Source of the DNA: Eledone cirrhosa
Lineage: Eukaryota
Reading direction: 5' to 3'
Assembly (NCBI GenBank): GCA_964016885.1
Contig: OZ024742.1
Span: 299,522,001-299,586,000, forward strand
DNA length: 64,000 nucleotides
Both the position numbers and the translations under genes were made by a program. Within the stretch, counting starts at the first letter, position 1, and every line of letters begins with the position of its first letter. Positions 52,701 through 64,000 of the stretch are shown here, piece by piece. The notes under the pieces were generated by a model, which had not been told where the DNA came from, searched no databases, and saw nothing but the letters and a program-made list of their open reading frames with translations.

Positions 52701-54037
52701 TAAATAAATTCGCTAGAATATGCAGGCAACACTTTATGACTATGCAAATCTTAAGAATTAGAGGAACAGTCCATTCTTCGGGATTTCAAGCAAGTTTCCT
52801 TTTGCCTAGTTTCACTCATAAGGCTTGAGTCGACTTGATGCTATGGTAAAATCCATTTGCACAAGAAACCACGTAGTTTTATTGAATTGAGCACCTCGTG
52901 ATTGCGAAGCAAACATCATAACCCTTAGGCCACACTGCGTATATACTAGTAATCATTAATATTTTGTAACCAACCGTGTTAGTGGTGAAGAACAGATTTA
53001 TTGTGTTGGTCACTTTGGAGACATAACGCAAATTGGTGTCGCCTCGTTTTCTCTTAACCTTCAATAAGAATTTTGCTTACAAGTAAATACTATCAAATTG
53101 TGGTTCAACGTTGGATGCTCTATGTGACTGCTCTCTCAATATGCTAGAAATAGCAGCCAGATCTCCCACAAATCATACATTACGACTCTAGATTTTTGAA
53201 TGAGTCGTAGGAGTGCCGTTATTACATCTAACCCACATCCGTAATCACTTCGATTGATATAGAGATGGCCACCCACATGAACGAACCCTGCAACTTAATT
53301 TGGCTCTTCCAACCCATCTACTTCAACACTTTTCGGTGTAACGCTTCCGCCATTCTGTTTGTCGGTTCCATAAAACATTCATAAGATAAGATCTTAGTGT
53401 CTAGTATAGTTTCAATAACACTTTATGAGAAATATTGGCTTCTTGCCCTCCTCTTCGTTTTAACTAGTAAAACTACTAAATAGTACATATTTAGTTATAT
53501 CTTCGACGAAAAGTTTCGAATTGTGAGTATGACATATTTAAGACACATTTATGGCTCAAGAAAATATGAGAAAAAAACTAACTCTTTTTATATATATATA
53601 AGGAATCAATATTTGTTATTGATATTACATGAGTGATTGATATGTTGTCTAAAGAATGAGTTTATCTAAGAATATATTTAGTGATGGGAATGGGGGACTG
53701 CTTCAAAACATTAAACATACCATATATCATAGCAAAACATAGTAGAACAAACATGGGAAATATTCATAGGTTCAACACCAGTGATAATTATCCGAATGTC
53801 AATATGCACTTTTATTAAACCTATTTACTATTATGTTATATTAATCATTTTAAATACAGGGACAAGGTCACAAATGTTAAGGTGGTCCGTATAACAAATT
53901 AAATCGCACTAGGGTATTACTAATACTTCTTTTAATGGTTCTGATTTGAAGAAACTAAAACCCACACAAAATTAGTCTAGCACTTAACTGTTTCTGTCAA
54001 TGTCCCACTATGTAGTTGCTGTTGTTATACAACAATA

Positions 54038-54208
54038 GCGGGGGCGGAAACTAGAGCTCGCGCTCCCTGTTACGTTCTGAGTTTAAATCCCACTGAGGTT
54101 AGCTTTGCCTTTCAACCTTAGGGGGGAGGGTCGATAAAATAAAGCACCAGTAACGCATTGGGGTCGATTTAATCGACTTTCCACTCCCTTGTGCCAAATG
54201 TAGAAACA
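54038..54208 (+). mobile_element. SINE family A copy (internally deleted)
   Basis: TTCTGAGTTTAAATCC..AGCTTTGCCTTTCA..GTCGATAAAATAAAGCACCAG..TGTAGAAACA. Confidence 0.8.
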
Positions 54209-54361
54209 ATTAATTATGCTACCACTCAGTTCAGTCTTTATCGATTTGATATATGATCAGACATTGTTGCTATGTCTACTTCTGTTTGTCAATTTTGTTC
54301 AGGCACCCAGTATCTAATACTACATTATTTCGTATCACTTATCCGTTTAAAGACGGTAGAA

Positions 54362-54397
<36 letters not shown>

Positions 54398-55094
54398 GTA
54401 CGCGCGTGTGTGTGTGTGTGTGTATGTGTGCGTACGCGTGTGTGTGTGTTTGTAAACGGATGGATGGAGTGAGTGAGTGTGATTTGGTTGCCTCTTTTAC
54501 CAGATATAGTTATTTAAATGTTTCCTCATTGGCTCACCATAGTCGAAATTTCAGCAAATAACGACAAATTAGTAAGTTAAAAGTATAATCGATTAAATCA
54601 ACGCCAGTAAAATCAATGATACTTATATTATCAATTTCTACTTAAAACAAAGTGCGAATACTAAACAGTGCAGCAAATTATTCTGAGAAACTTTATTCAA
54701 GCTAGAATAATGAGGTTGACATAGGTCACACAGCAACATAGTTTGATTTGGTACAGTCGGTTAAATCTCCCTGGGTGTGAAACCTATTGGAAGAATTCTG
54801 AAGAATATAAACTCATAACGTAAAGTGTTATAATTAAATACTGCAAAATATTTTGTCTAATCATCTGTCGTTTTTGCCACTTTCCGATTGAAACAATAAG
54901 AAATAAATTAGAGATTCCAATATTATATGGAACTAAGCATATAATATTGTACACGACATTGTGTGGGTTTGTTAATTAATAGAGAATGTATATGTCTATG
55001 TATGTATATACGTACGTATGTAAGTATGTATTCATGTATGTATATATATATATATATATGCATGTGTATATATATCTATATGTAAGTATGTATA

Positions 55095-55785
55095 GAAGAA
55101 AATAGTTACGGACAACTGGACCTCTATCAAGTATTTGTGGATTTAAGAATAGCCTTTTATACGGAGAACAGAGCTGCTCTCTGGGAGATCCTTGTTAGAT
55201 TACGATGCCCGAACACATGTTAGCATAACCACATAATGGCGACATGATGGCTTGAGTAAATATTGATGGGTTTATTTCAGAGCCTTTCACTCTTATGGGG
55301 TCGGTAAAATAAAGCAGCAGTAATGCACTGGGATAATTGCTGGTCTTGTCTCGAAAGTAGAAACAATTATTTCAGAGTCAATCAGTTAAAAATGGTGTTA
55401 AGTGGGGTAATCTCATAGCTTGTACTCTTTTCTTTATCTATTTCATTGTGGTTCTCATTGATGCATTTAGGGAACACAATGATGGCATATTTATCAGGTA
55501 TCTCTCCTATAGAAGGCTTTTCAACATCAGGCGCGTTTTTGCAAAGACTAAAGTCCTAGAAACACTCATTAACGATCTCTGATGACTGCGATCTTGTTGC
55601 CCATTCACTCACAGATATGCAAAACCCCAAGAATAGATTATTTTGTTCATGTAAAACATTTGAATTAAATATTTCCTTCCATAAGACTATTGTAATGTTT
55701 CAAGCTGTACCAGGATCTCATACAGAACCATCCATTCAAGTAGAGGGACAAAAGCTCTAAGTAGCCAATAAATGTGTACATTGAG
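55095..55785 (+). mobile_element. Degenerate RTE RT fragment interrupted by a 3' SINE A fragment (55283-55366)
   Basis: LYQVFVDL..AF....RAALWEIL..CP; SE..VKNGVK.G..; LFNIRR; DL..DDCDLVAHS. The SINE piece is flanked by an 11-bp ttatttcagag TSD (55272 and 55367). Confidence 0.75.
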
Positions 55786-56333
55786 CTTTATAGAAATTGC
55801 AAAAATATTCAATATGCACCTAAAGTAAAATTGTACTCTTACACTTCTTTATTTTCTCGGAATATTTTTTATTTCGAATATACTACACATGTATTTAATT
55901 ATTCTAAAATAGTAATTTTTTTCTAATCAGTAACTTTTTTTAATGTCTACCGCAGTGCATATGGGAATACAGTAATATTACTTTTTCAGTCTAAAGCTAA
56001 AAAGAACCAATTTCAGAAAACGACACAAAGTCTATGACCTGTATGAAAAAATGTGACTCTATATATAATTTTAACTACCTGAGTGCAAAACTATGGTCTA
56101 CAACTATGACCGTATCTTTGAAAAGATATCTGCCTATGCTAACTACAAAACTGAAACCTATAAAATACATACATATACTATTCTTCTATATATTATTTCA
56201 GTATGAAACGTCATAAATATTTAAATTGGTATTTGAGAATGTTCATGACTGCTTTATTTTAATCTATTACTTCACACGAAAGACTAGCGAGTTGGGGATA
56301 CATTCACTCACTGTTATAGATTAATATATATAT

Positions 56334-56377
<44 letters not shown>

Positions 56378-56379
<2 letters not shown>

Positions 56380-56545
56380 TTTCTGATTTAGGCACAAGGC
56401 CAACAATTTGGGGGGAGTGGGAGTCATCTAAATAAACCACAGTACATTACTAGTACTTTATTGTATCGACCCCCGTAAGGATGAAAGGCAAAGATAACCT
56501 CGACAGGCTTTGAACTCAAATCGTAAAGAGCTGAAACTCTATGCC
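56378..56545 (-). mobile_element. SINE family A copy (5'-truncated)
   Basis: Core in reverse complement, with ttatagattaatatata flanking both sides. Another degenerate copy near 56697-56880. Confidence 0.8.
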
Positions 56546-57124
56546 ATTATAGATTAATATATATATTTATTAGAATATAAAATAATCAGCTAAGCTATTG
56601 CTTGAAATTAACGTTTCGAAATCAAATTCTTGCCTCTACGTCACTAAAGCTTTGTCACATAAGTGATACCTGAATTCTCCGTAATATTAGTATCTAACTT
56701 AGGTACAAGGTCACGCATTCCAGAGTACAGTACAGTTGATAACAATGTTAGCGCGGTACTTATTTCATCAATCTTCGGAAAAAGGAAAAGGCAAAGTCGA
56801 CTTCAGCGAGATTTGAACTCAGAAGGTTAGGGGCTGCAACTACGTATCGTGAGGTAATTTGTCAGATGCTTTACTAATTTCACTAATTTCACCAATACAT
56901 CATTCTCAGCAATATTCCCATCCGCTGAGCCTACGATGGCTCTGTTTTGTAGGAAGCATATAAACATTCGTACTTTATCCAAAACCATTAATATCGGTTC
57001 TTACGCATAAAATCATCGAATATGTTTTTATAAATAACTTTTCAAATAAATATATCTAGATGTTAAGCGACAATTATTTTTGTTTATAGATTTACCTTTT
57101 AATTTCATTAGTTATATCTCAACA

Positions 57125-58491
57125 TTAGTCCACTACGATGATAAAAAGCTAGGGAGCCAATGTATCTCCCTGGAGCACTCCAACCAGTATCTCAAAGAAC
57201 TCTGTCATTCCATCAGGTGTAATGACTTTGGGCTTGGTGTTGGTGTAGAGCAGTGATATCAGGTCCACTATCTTCTTGGGGATTCCATAAGCCTGTAAGA
57301 TCTTCATCAGACAGTGACGGTCCACAGAATCAAAGACCATGACCGCAGGAAGGCACTTTGCTCTAGCTCCCTCTAATATTCTCCTCAGCATCAGGATGTG
57401 ACAGGTGGTTTATCTACCCTCTCTGAAGCCGTTCTGGTTGTCCCTGAGCTTCTTCTCCATCTCAGGCTGGATCCTGTTAATAATCATCCTGTTGAGGGTA
57501 TTTGCCACAAGTGACGTCATTGAGATCCCCCTGTAGTTGTTGGTGTTAGAGAGATCTCCCTTCTTTGGCACTTGGACGATGTTACTGATCCTCCACTGAT
57601 TCGAGGCAACTCCTTTCTCCAGTGCCTGGTTACAGAACCCCAGGATGATATCATCAAAATAACACCTCTTCGTCACCTTTGATGCCACTCTATCTTCTCC
57701 ATGAGCCTTGCCCTATCTTTTTATCATCGTAGTGGACTATTGTATGCGCCTTGCACTAGAGAAACACCAGGACTCTGGCTTTACTGTAGCACCTGGACAG
57801 AGCAGGATAGTTAAGGCGAAAAAGATATCGGATGCTGAATTTGCCGACGACATAGTTTTGGTGACAAATACAGTGAAGGAGGCAGAGGATTTGATGCAGC
57901 AGGTTGAGATTGTGTCGATGAGTTTGGGGCTGAGAATGAATGAGACTAAAACAAAATATCTGGTAGAGAATGTTGAGAAGCCAGAGGGGATCACTAATGT
58001 AGGCGGGAAGCCGCTAGAATTGGTTGAGGACTTCCTGTATTTGGGAGCAAGGATTGGGAATACGGAAGATGATGTGGTTGAGAGGAAGAGCAAAGCCTGG
58101 GCGGCGTGCCACAGCTTGAGATGAGTATGGAAGTCGGACCTTCGTAAAGATCTGAAAATCTGCCTCTTCATTGCTGTAGTGGAGTCTGTCCTGCTGTACG
58201 GGTCTGAGACTTGGACACTGACGAAGAAACTCACTCAGATGGTGGATGGGTGCTACACAAGAATGCTGAGGATGGCTCTGAACATTAATCAGTATACACT
58301 GAGGATGAAAATCTCAGAACTGTATGGTAGCCTCCCAAAAGTCAGCTCAAAAGTGACACAGAAGAGACTGAGGTTAGCTGGACATGCTCACCAGAATCTA
58401 GAGTTAACATTGCACTCAGTGCTCCCGTGGGATCCCCTACATGGACACACTGGAAGAGGAAGACCAAGGTTAACGTATGTTGATGCCCTAG
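57125..58491. mobile_element. RTE-clade LINE with inverted 5' segment (minus 57125-57700, plus 57707-58491)
   Basis: Minus: PKKGDLS...NYRGIS..QNGFREGR..FDSVD..GVLQGDTLAP. Plus: PYLFIIVVD..FADDI..F.YLG..LLYGSETWT..RLRLAGH..GRPRLTYVD. atatctcaaca TSD at 57114 and 58492. Confidence 0.9.
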
Positions 58492-60049
58492 ATATCTCAA
58501 CAAATAACTGCTGTCAATCGTTTAGACTGACGGTATATAGTTGTTAGCAAATCACAAGTGTTTATGATCACAACTCTTGCCAAACTTTTAATGCGAATAG
58601 TGATAACAATTTTAAGTAAATTTATTTCTAACCTTACAAAAAGCAGCCATAGAATTCAAACAATAAATGGTATACGTAACTGTCTGAACGTCATAATCAG
58701 AAGTATCGACACAGACTGCTCCCCATCACAACTGGAACCAACTGGCCTTGAACATGGTGATGGAAAGCTGCCATAGGGGATAACTCTGTCAATTCGAGTG
58801 AAATAAATCCCTTAATCTGGGACGCCACATGCTGTAACTCGTTCTCCGTTTCGAGCCTTCTCGCTTCGGGACCACCGCCCGCAATGCAAAGAGGAGGCAG
58901 ATATCAAAATATTGGGGCATGACCTTTTTGAGCCGATCCCCGCCGAGACATCAGGTATCCTCAGTCTCCGCCTGAAGAAGCCGCATGCGGTTGGTTGGTG
59001 TTGCAATGTGTGTTGCAGGCTGTTCTACGCGGCAACCCCTTAATTATTTTGTCTCATCCATGCAGCAGAAGTATCCACTCAGGTTGAAGTGTACGCACTG
59101 TCATTCCTTGCACACTACCCCTTTCTTTCTTTCTTTAATTTCTCTTTCTTCTTTTACTTCTTTTCATTTCATTTTTGATTTCGTTGCACTTTTGTGAATG
59201 GAATTAAAACAAAACTGAATGATGTTCTTCCCCAAAAGAATATATAAAATCATACACTTTCAAAGAAAGCAATAGTGAATCTATATTTAAAGAAGCGTAT
59301 AAAACTCCAGATCTAAACTTAAAGACATGCCTGGAGTAACTGAACAAGCACGAAAGAAATATGTTAGTGTGTTATTTTTGAAAGAGCTAGAATATTCAAA
59401 GCCATTACTAAATTATAAACACTGTTGCTAAACAATTTAAATCCTGGACAGAAAGTGTCCATCTTAGCTTAATGTAAAACAGGCAAAATTATTCAACAGT
59501 AGGCACTGAAAACGTGAATACTTCAATACCGGACTTACGGTTAAACACGATTTAATGAACCATTGTTTCAAAACAATACGTGTCATTCCCCACTGTCTCT
59601 TTGAAAGCAAAGCAAAACAATTTAAAGAATCGTTATTTCAATACTGGATATAGCGTTATATAACATTCCTTTGAAAATATGGTGAATTATTTTAAAAATC
59701 CGTTATTGCAATATCAGATGTATCGTTATATTGCATTTGAAGAAAGATTATCTCAAAACGGTGGGATAGTTAGTGTGTTCACATATTGACGGTATATGTG
59801 TGTTGGCAGAGAAGGTCCTGAATGTGCCAGCTTTATGTTCAGACCCTCTCTACAGATAGCTTGAGGGATAGCAGTAGTGCTAGGCTCGTTAAAATATGGT
59901 ACCTTTAGAAAACTTGCAGGAACCTATATTTGCAACATGATTCTATCTAAAGAATGCTACATACATCCACAATATAAGCACATATTCTAATTGTTCCATG
60001 AACAATGCGGAAATGTACATGAGATCGTATGTGGTTTGAGAATTAAATC

Positions 60050-61270
60050 ACGAATATGGTTGCTAAAACTTTTCTACTGTATACTCATGTATTCATTACC
60101 TCAGGTGTGGAGGAATACCAAAGTAATTACTTTTCTCAAATCTATGAAAGATCCATCAAAAGCAAAGAGTTTCTAGTCGATTAATCTGCTTTGTCACACT
60201 TACAAGCTCTTTCAACAATTACATCTAAACATAATTTCGACCGTTATTGAACAAAACCTTATTAAAGAATAAGCTGAATTTTCTCTTGGAAGGTCAACTA
60301 TGAGGCAGCTATTTAATCTCAATATATAGAGGATGTGTTTGAACAAAGGACAATTACATGAACAGTTTTTATTGATCTCACTGCGGCTTACGATGCGATA
60401 AACTCAATTTAATAAATGACAAGGATAGTACACGGTTAATCGGCGTTATGTTAGGAAATAGATACGTTGTGAAGCGAAATAACAAGAAAAGCCGCACACG
60501 GAAATTATGAAATTACCTATTTCAGGGTTATGTAGTGAATCGATTAATGTTCAACATATGTACAAATGTTCAATCGAAAGATTCTAATACCAAACGTTTT
60601 ATTTCTGACTCTATCCTATAACATATTGATATAAAAGCAAATGAAAAGGAAAGGGAAAGAACTGAGCGGCAGATCGGGCAAAAAAAACATGGCTTCCATT
60701 AGTCTTTCTCTTATTACCGATTGCCACTCCTGGCAGTAGTAGGCGGGACTTGAACTTAGAACGTACAGCCTACTCATATATCACAATTTATCCCATCAGA
60801 CTCATTAGCCCTTTCACCTCCCCCCCCCCCCCTGGACTGGTACTTAATGTTTAAACTTCAAAAGGATGAAAGGTAAAATTAACATCGTTGAGATTTGAAT
60901 TCAGAACGCAAGGAGCTGCAACAGTTGTCGATGCTTTTAACCCAAAACATTAAAGACTGCTATAAAAAGAATCATTTAGATGTGATTTCTCTGACAATTC
61001 TATATTTAATTTAACAAATAAGGAAGCACCAAGAAACTTACATATGGCTTGGGACAAATATACAAAGCACTAACAGAGTTGCAAAGAGTTTGGTGTTATA
61101 CTAGACAGTAGTGTAACATTTAAGAAAAACTTAAATAATATAAGATCCAAAGTAGAGACAGAAAATATTTTACAAAACGCATAACCCAACCCCTACCCAG
61201 TGGGTTACACTCCTCTAATACGTTGAGTAAAGCTGATTCTATGGTAATCAGCTGCCGAATATATATGCCA
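60050..61270 (+). mobile_element. Highly degenerate CR1/Daphne-like LINE RT remnant with SINE insertions
   Basis: LPQVWRNTKVITFLKSMKDP..AKSF.SINLLCHTYKLF, and VFIDLTAAYD near 60365. SINE A piece near 60835-60925. Confidence 0.6.
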
Positions 61271-61384
61271 AATATTGGTTATATTTTCAAATGATGGATC
61301 CTTTAAAATTACAAATACAGTCAGTCCGACGATCTTCCTTCTACTAATTTCATTTACAAGATTTGAGTCAACACGAGATTATGG

Positions 61385-61451
61385 TAAATGACATTTGCTC
61401 AGCATGTTACGCAGTGGGATCGAACCTGGGACATTTTCATTGCAAAGTGAA
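61385..61451 (-). mobile_element. tRNA-derived SINE family B head
   Basis: Minus strand ATGGCTGAATGGTTACGAG..CCCAGGTTCGATCCCACTGCG: A and B boxes followed by a non-tRNA tail. Confidence 0.65.
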
Positions 61452-62340
61452 CCTCGTAACCATTCAGCCATTCTGCACCCTCTTCCTTATATAAAGGAAT
61501 GTTTGGATACCGTTCTGATAGAGACATACTAATATATAACTGCATATCTCAAGTCCTCTAGGATTAATTATATTTATCTATTAGCTGGCATTATTCCACT
61601 TGATCATGTGGGACGTTGCCAGCAAAACAAAAGCAGATGTTTGCCGAAAGACATCCATTATATCAATATCAACAAATACGAAGGAAGTTAAAATGAAGAA
61701 AACCTTTTGTAACAGTCACTGTTCCTGTAAATATTTCCAATGTCATTGTGGAAGGAGAGACTAGTAAGTATTGCACCAATGCCTGATATGAATTTCTAAT
61801 TATAATAAAATTCGTCCAAAGATTCAGAATCCTCATAATCGACGGAAACTATATTGATTTATTCCGCGTTCGATTTGGCCTAACTAAAGACACCAAAGTG
61901 AAATAATGAGATGTAGGGTCCCATTTCTGTAAATATTGAACTGTCCAAATGAACAACCTACTGGCTGGCCTATTCTTGGGTTCCCCTTCATAGTTTTGTA
62001 TTTTTCGTTATTTGAGAAACAGCGTAAAAATTACACAAGATTGCACCATACGAAAGTGTTAATTTTCTTATATAAGTCACTAAGTAATTGTTTTGATATT
62101 AGGCACTCGTCAAGCAGTTTAGAAGCATAGGGAGAGTCGATGAGATTGACTCCAGTATTTTACTGGTACTTTATCTTATCGACCCAGGAAGGAACAAGAA
62201 GTAAGCTCGGTGGCTAAGAACACAGAACGTGAATTGACAGAAAATGAAGCCACGAAATAACAACAGAAACAAGGGACTTGTGTAATACTGGGCTTTACTC
62301 TGTAGATTCATATTTTTCTTCTTTCTAATATTCTTACTCC

Positions 62341-62560
62341 GGCGAGTAGATCGTCGGATAAAATACGTAATGATATTTGTTCCTACTCTCTGCTCTCTGA
62401 GTTCAAATCTCGCCGACGTCGACTTTGTCTTTCATCCTTTCATGGTCGATAAAAAAACTACCAGTCTAGTACTAGTGTCGATTCTTTCTCTATATTTCTT
62501 CACTTTCATTCTCTTACTCTTTATCCTTCGTTGGAAGAAATCTGCTGTGTTCAGACTTGA
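62341..62560 (+). mobile_element. SINE family A copy with alternative tail
   Basis: CTGAGTTCAAATCTCGCCGACGTCGACTTTGTCTTTCATCCTTTCATGGTCGATAAAAAAACTACCAG. Another minus-strand remnant near 62100-62240. Confidence 0.78.
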
Positions 62561-64000
62561 AGATTAGATGGGTTCCCCAGGTTTTAAAAAGACCAGGAAA
62601 TACCGGGAGTTACGGGTTCATACATACATACAATATCCTTATTATTTTTTAAAAGAAACTTTAAATCTATTCATAGTTATATTTTGATTGGTCTGACATT
62701 AAACCCTGTAACCCATATTTACTTTATTGATTAAATCAGCATGGTATATTTTGCGGAAAACAACATCAGTATTTGTAGTAACGTGTAAATGGTATAAATT
62801 GTGAGTAACATCAGATTTGCCAGTGTATATAGTTATAAAAAGGGGGTAAACCACTTTCGCTCAGAACACTACATTGAAAACACTTAGCTGTTTCCCCCTC
62901 AGCCTAAATCAATTTCAAAACCTATATGAAAACCTACAATCAAGATAGGTTTCTCTAAGTATTTCCGAAGTTCGCACCAATCTAAAACGATATAATTTAC
63001 GTTTCTGTTGGTTATAATTGCAGTAATAATAGCAGTGGTAGTGGTTGTTGTTTATCGTAGGGCAATTCTGGTCGAACAGACTAATGACTAGATATTTGTC
63101 CAACAGTTTTTGTATATCTTCTTTTAAGATCGTAATGTACGATTTGAGGAAATATTTCTGTTATTTCCAAAGGGCCGAACAACCACATCGACTTTCTTTG
63201 CTAATATTAGTTGTATCTTGTAGCAGCATCTGTAGTATCTTGTTTTAAATGTGTTAAAGAATAAATACATATGTAACAATAGTCCTGATTGAAAAGTCTT
63301 CCCATTGTTGTGATCTCTCACAATGGTAACCAAGAAAAATATTTTCGTCTATTTTTATTGATAATTTAAAAAAGAAATTCGATGTATCTTATATTTTTGT
63401 TTGAGAATTTGTTGTTGGTTTTCAATTTGTTTCAGCCTATGTATAATGACATTAGCTATTGCATTAATGTTTCATTATAACGTCTATAGACGGAGTGAGG
63501 CATGGTGGAAGGTAAGAAGTAAATTTAAACAAAATCAGCAGAGATAGCTGATTTCAGCTGTTCTATATGTATCACACAATAGAACAAATTTAAATCTTTT
63601 CTCATTAAATTTCTTATACCTTCCTCCCCAAATCAATTTCTATTCAGAGGGACATGGACATATGGAATAGCCAAATTCATGATGGAGGAATGAGAAACGT
63701 AAGGAAATCGATATCTTAGGATTTGTTGCAATTAAAATCTGGAGAACAATCATTAATCATTGCAATTGAATGAGACAGTGTCTTATCGAAAGGAAAACGT
63801 TCGATAATTTTACGCAACTTAGTCGGTAATTATATAAAACAAATAATTAACTTATTTAATCAGCAATGCATATTTAGAATAGAACCGGTAACTGTTAACT
63901 AAGTGAGATGCATCAGTTTACTCTTAAAGGAAACATGTTTTAAACATTTCCACTGTTGTAAAAAAAAAAAAAGCATACTATATATATTAATGTAATGTTT

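Noticed and set aside
58810-59040. GC-rich patch with CTGAAGA and a gccgc/gcggt hairpin
   Set aside because: No GAAA box after the hairpin and no recognisable protein motif; origin unresolved.
61385-61451. tRNA-like A/B boxes as a tRNA gene
   Set aside because: No full cloverleaf or acceptor stem; it continues into a SINE tail and has degenerate relatives in the window.

Overview
AT-rich, microsatellite-dense animal genomic DNA. The repeat landscape suggests an octopus/cephalopod (inference). No host protein-coding gene can be supported. Most short ORFs are microsatellite read-throughs, and all real coding sequence is transposon-derived. Main contents: (i) a ~9.4-kb array (13.1-22.5 kb) of two Tx1/L1-like LINEs and three R4/Dong-like LINE 3' fragments, all bounded by (AAT)n; (ii) a second, 3'-truncated Tx1-like LINE (42.5-46.5 kb); (iii) a Penelope-like RT fragment packaged between 56-bp TG...CA terminal inverted repeats with an ATAT duplication, resembling a Ginger-type DNA transposon; (iv) at least four apparently unrelated type I hammerhead-ribozyme motifs with palindromic stem III, lying in non-coding direct- or inverted-repeat units next to (TA)n tracts (Penelope pLTR/retrozyme-like); (v) an RTE LINE with a twin-priming-type 5' inversion, other RTE and CR1-like remnants, and many tRNA-derived SINE copies. 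All calls were made by eye, without database searches or folding software.
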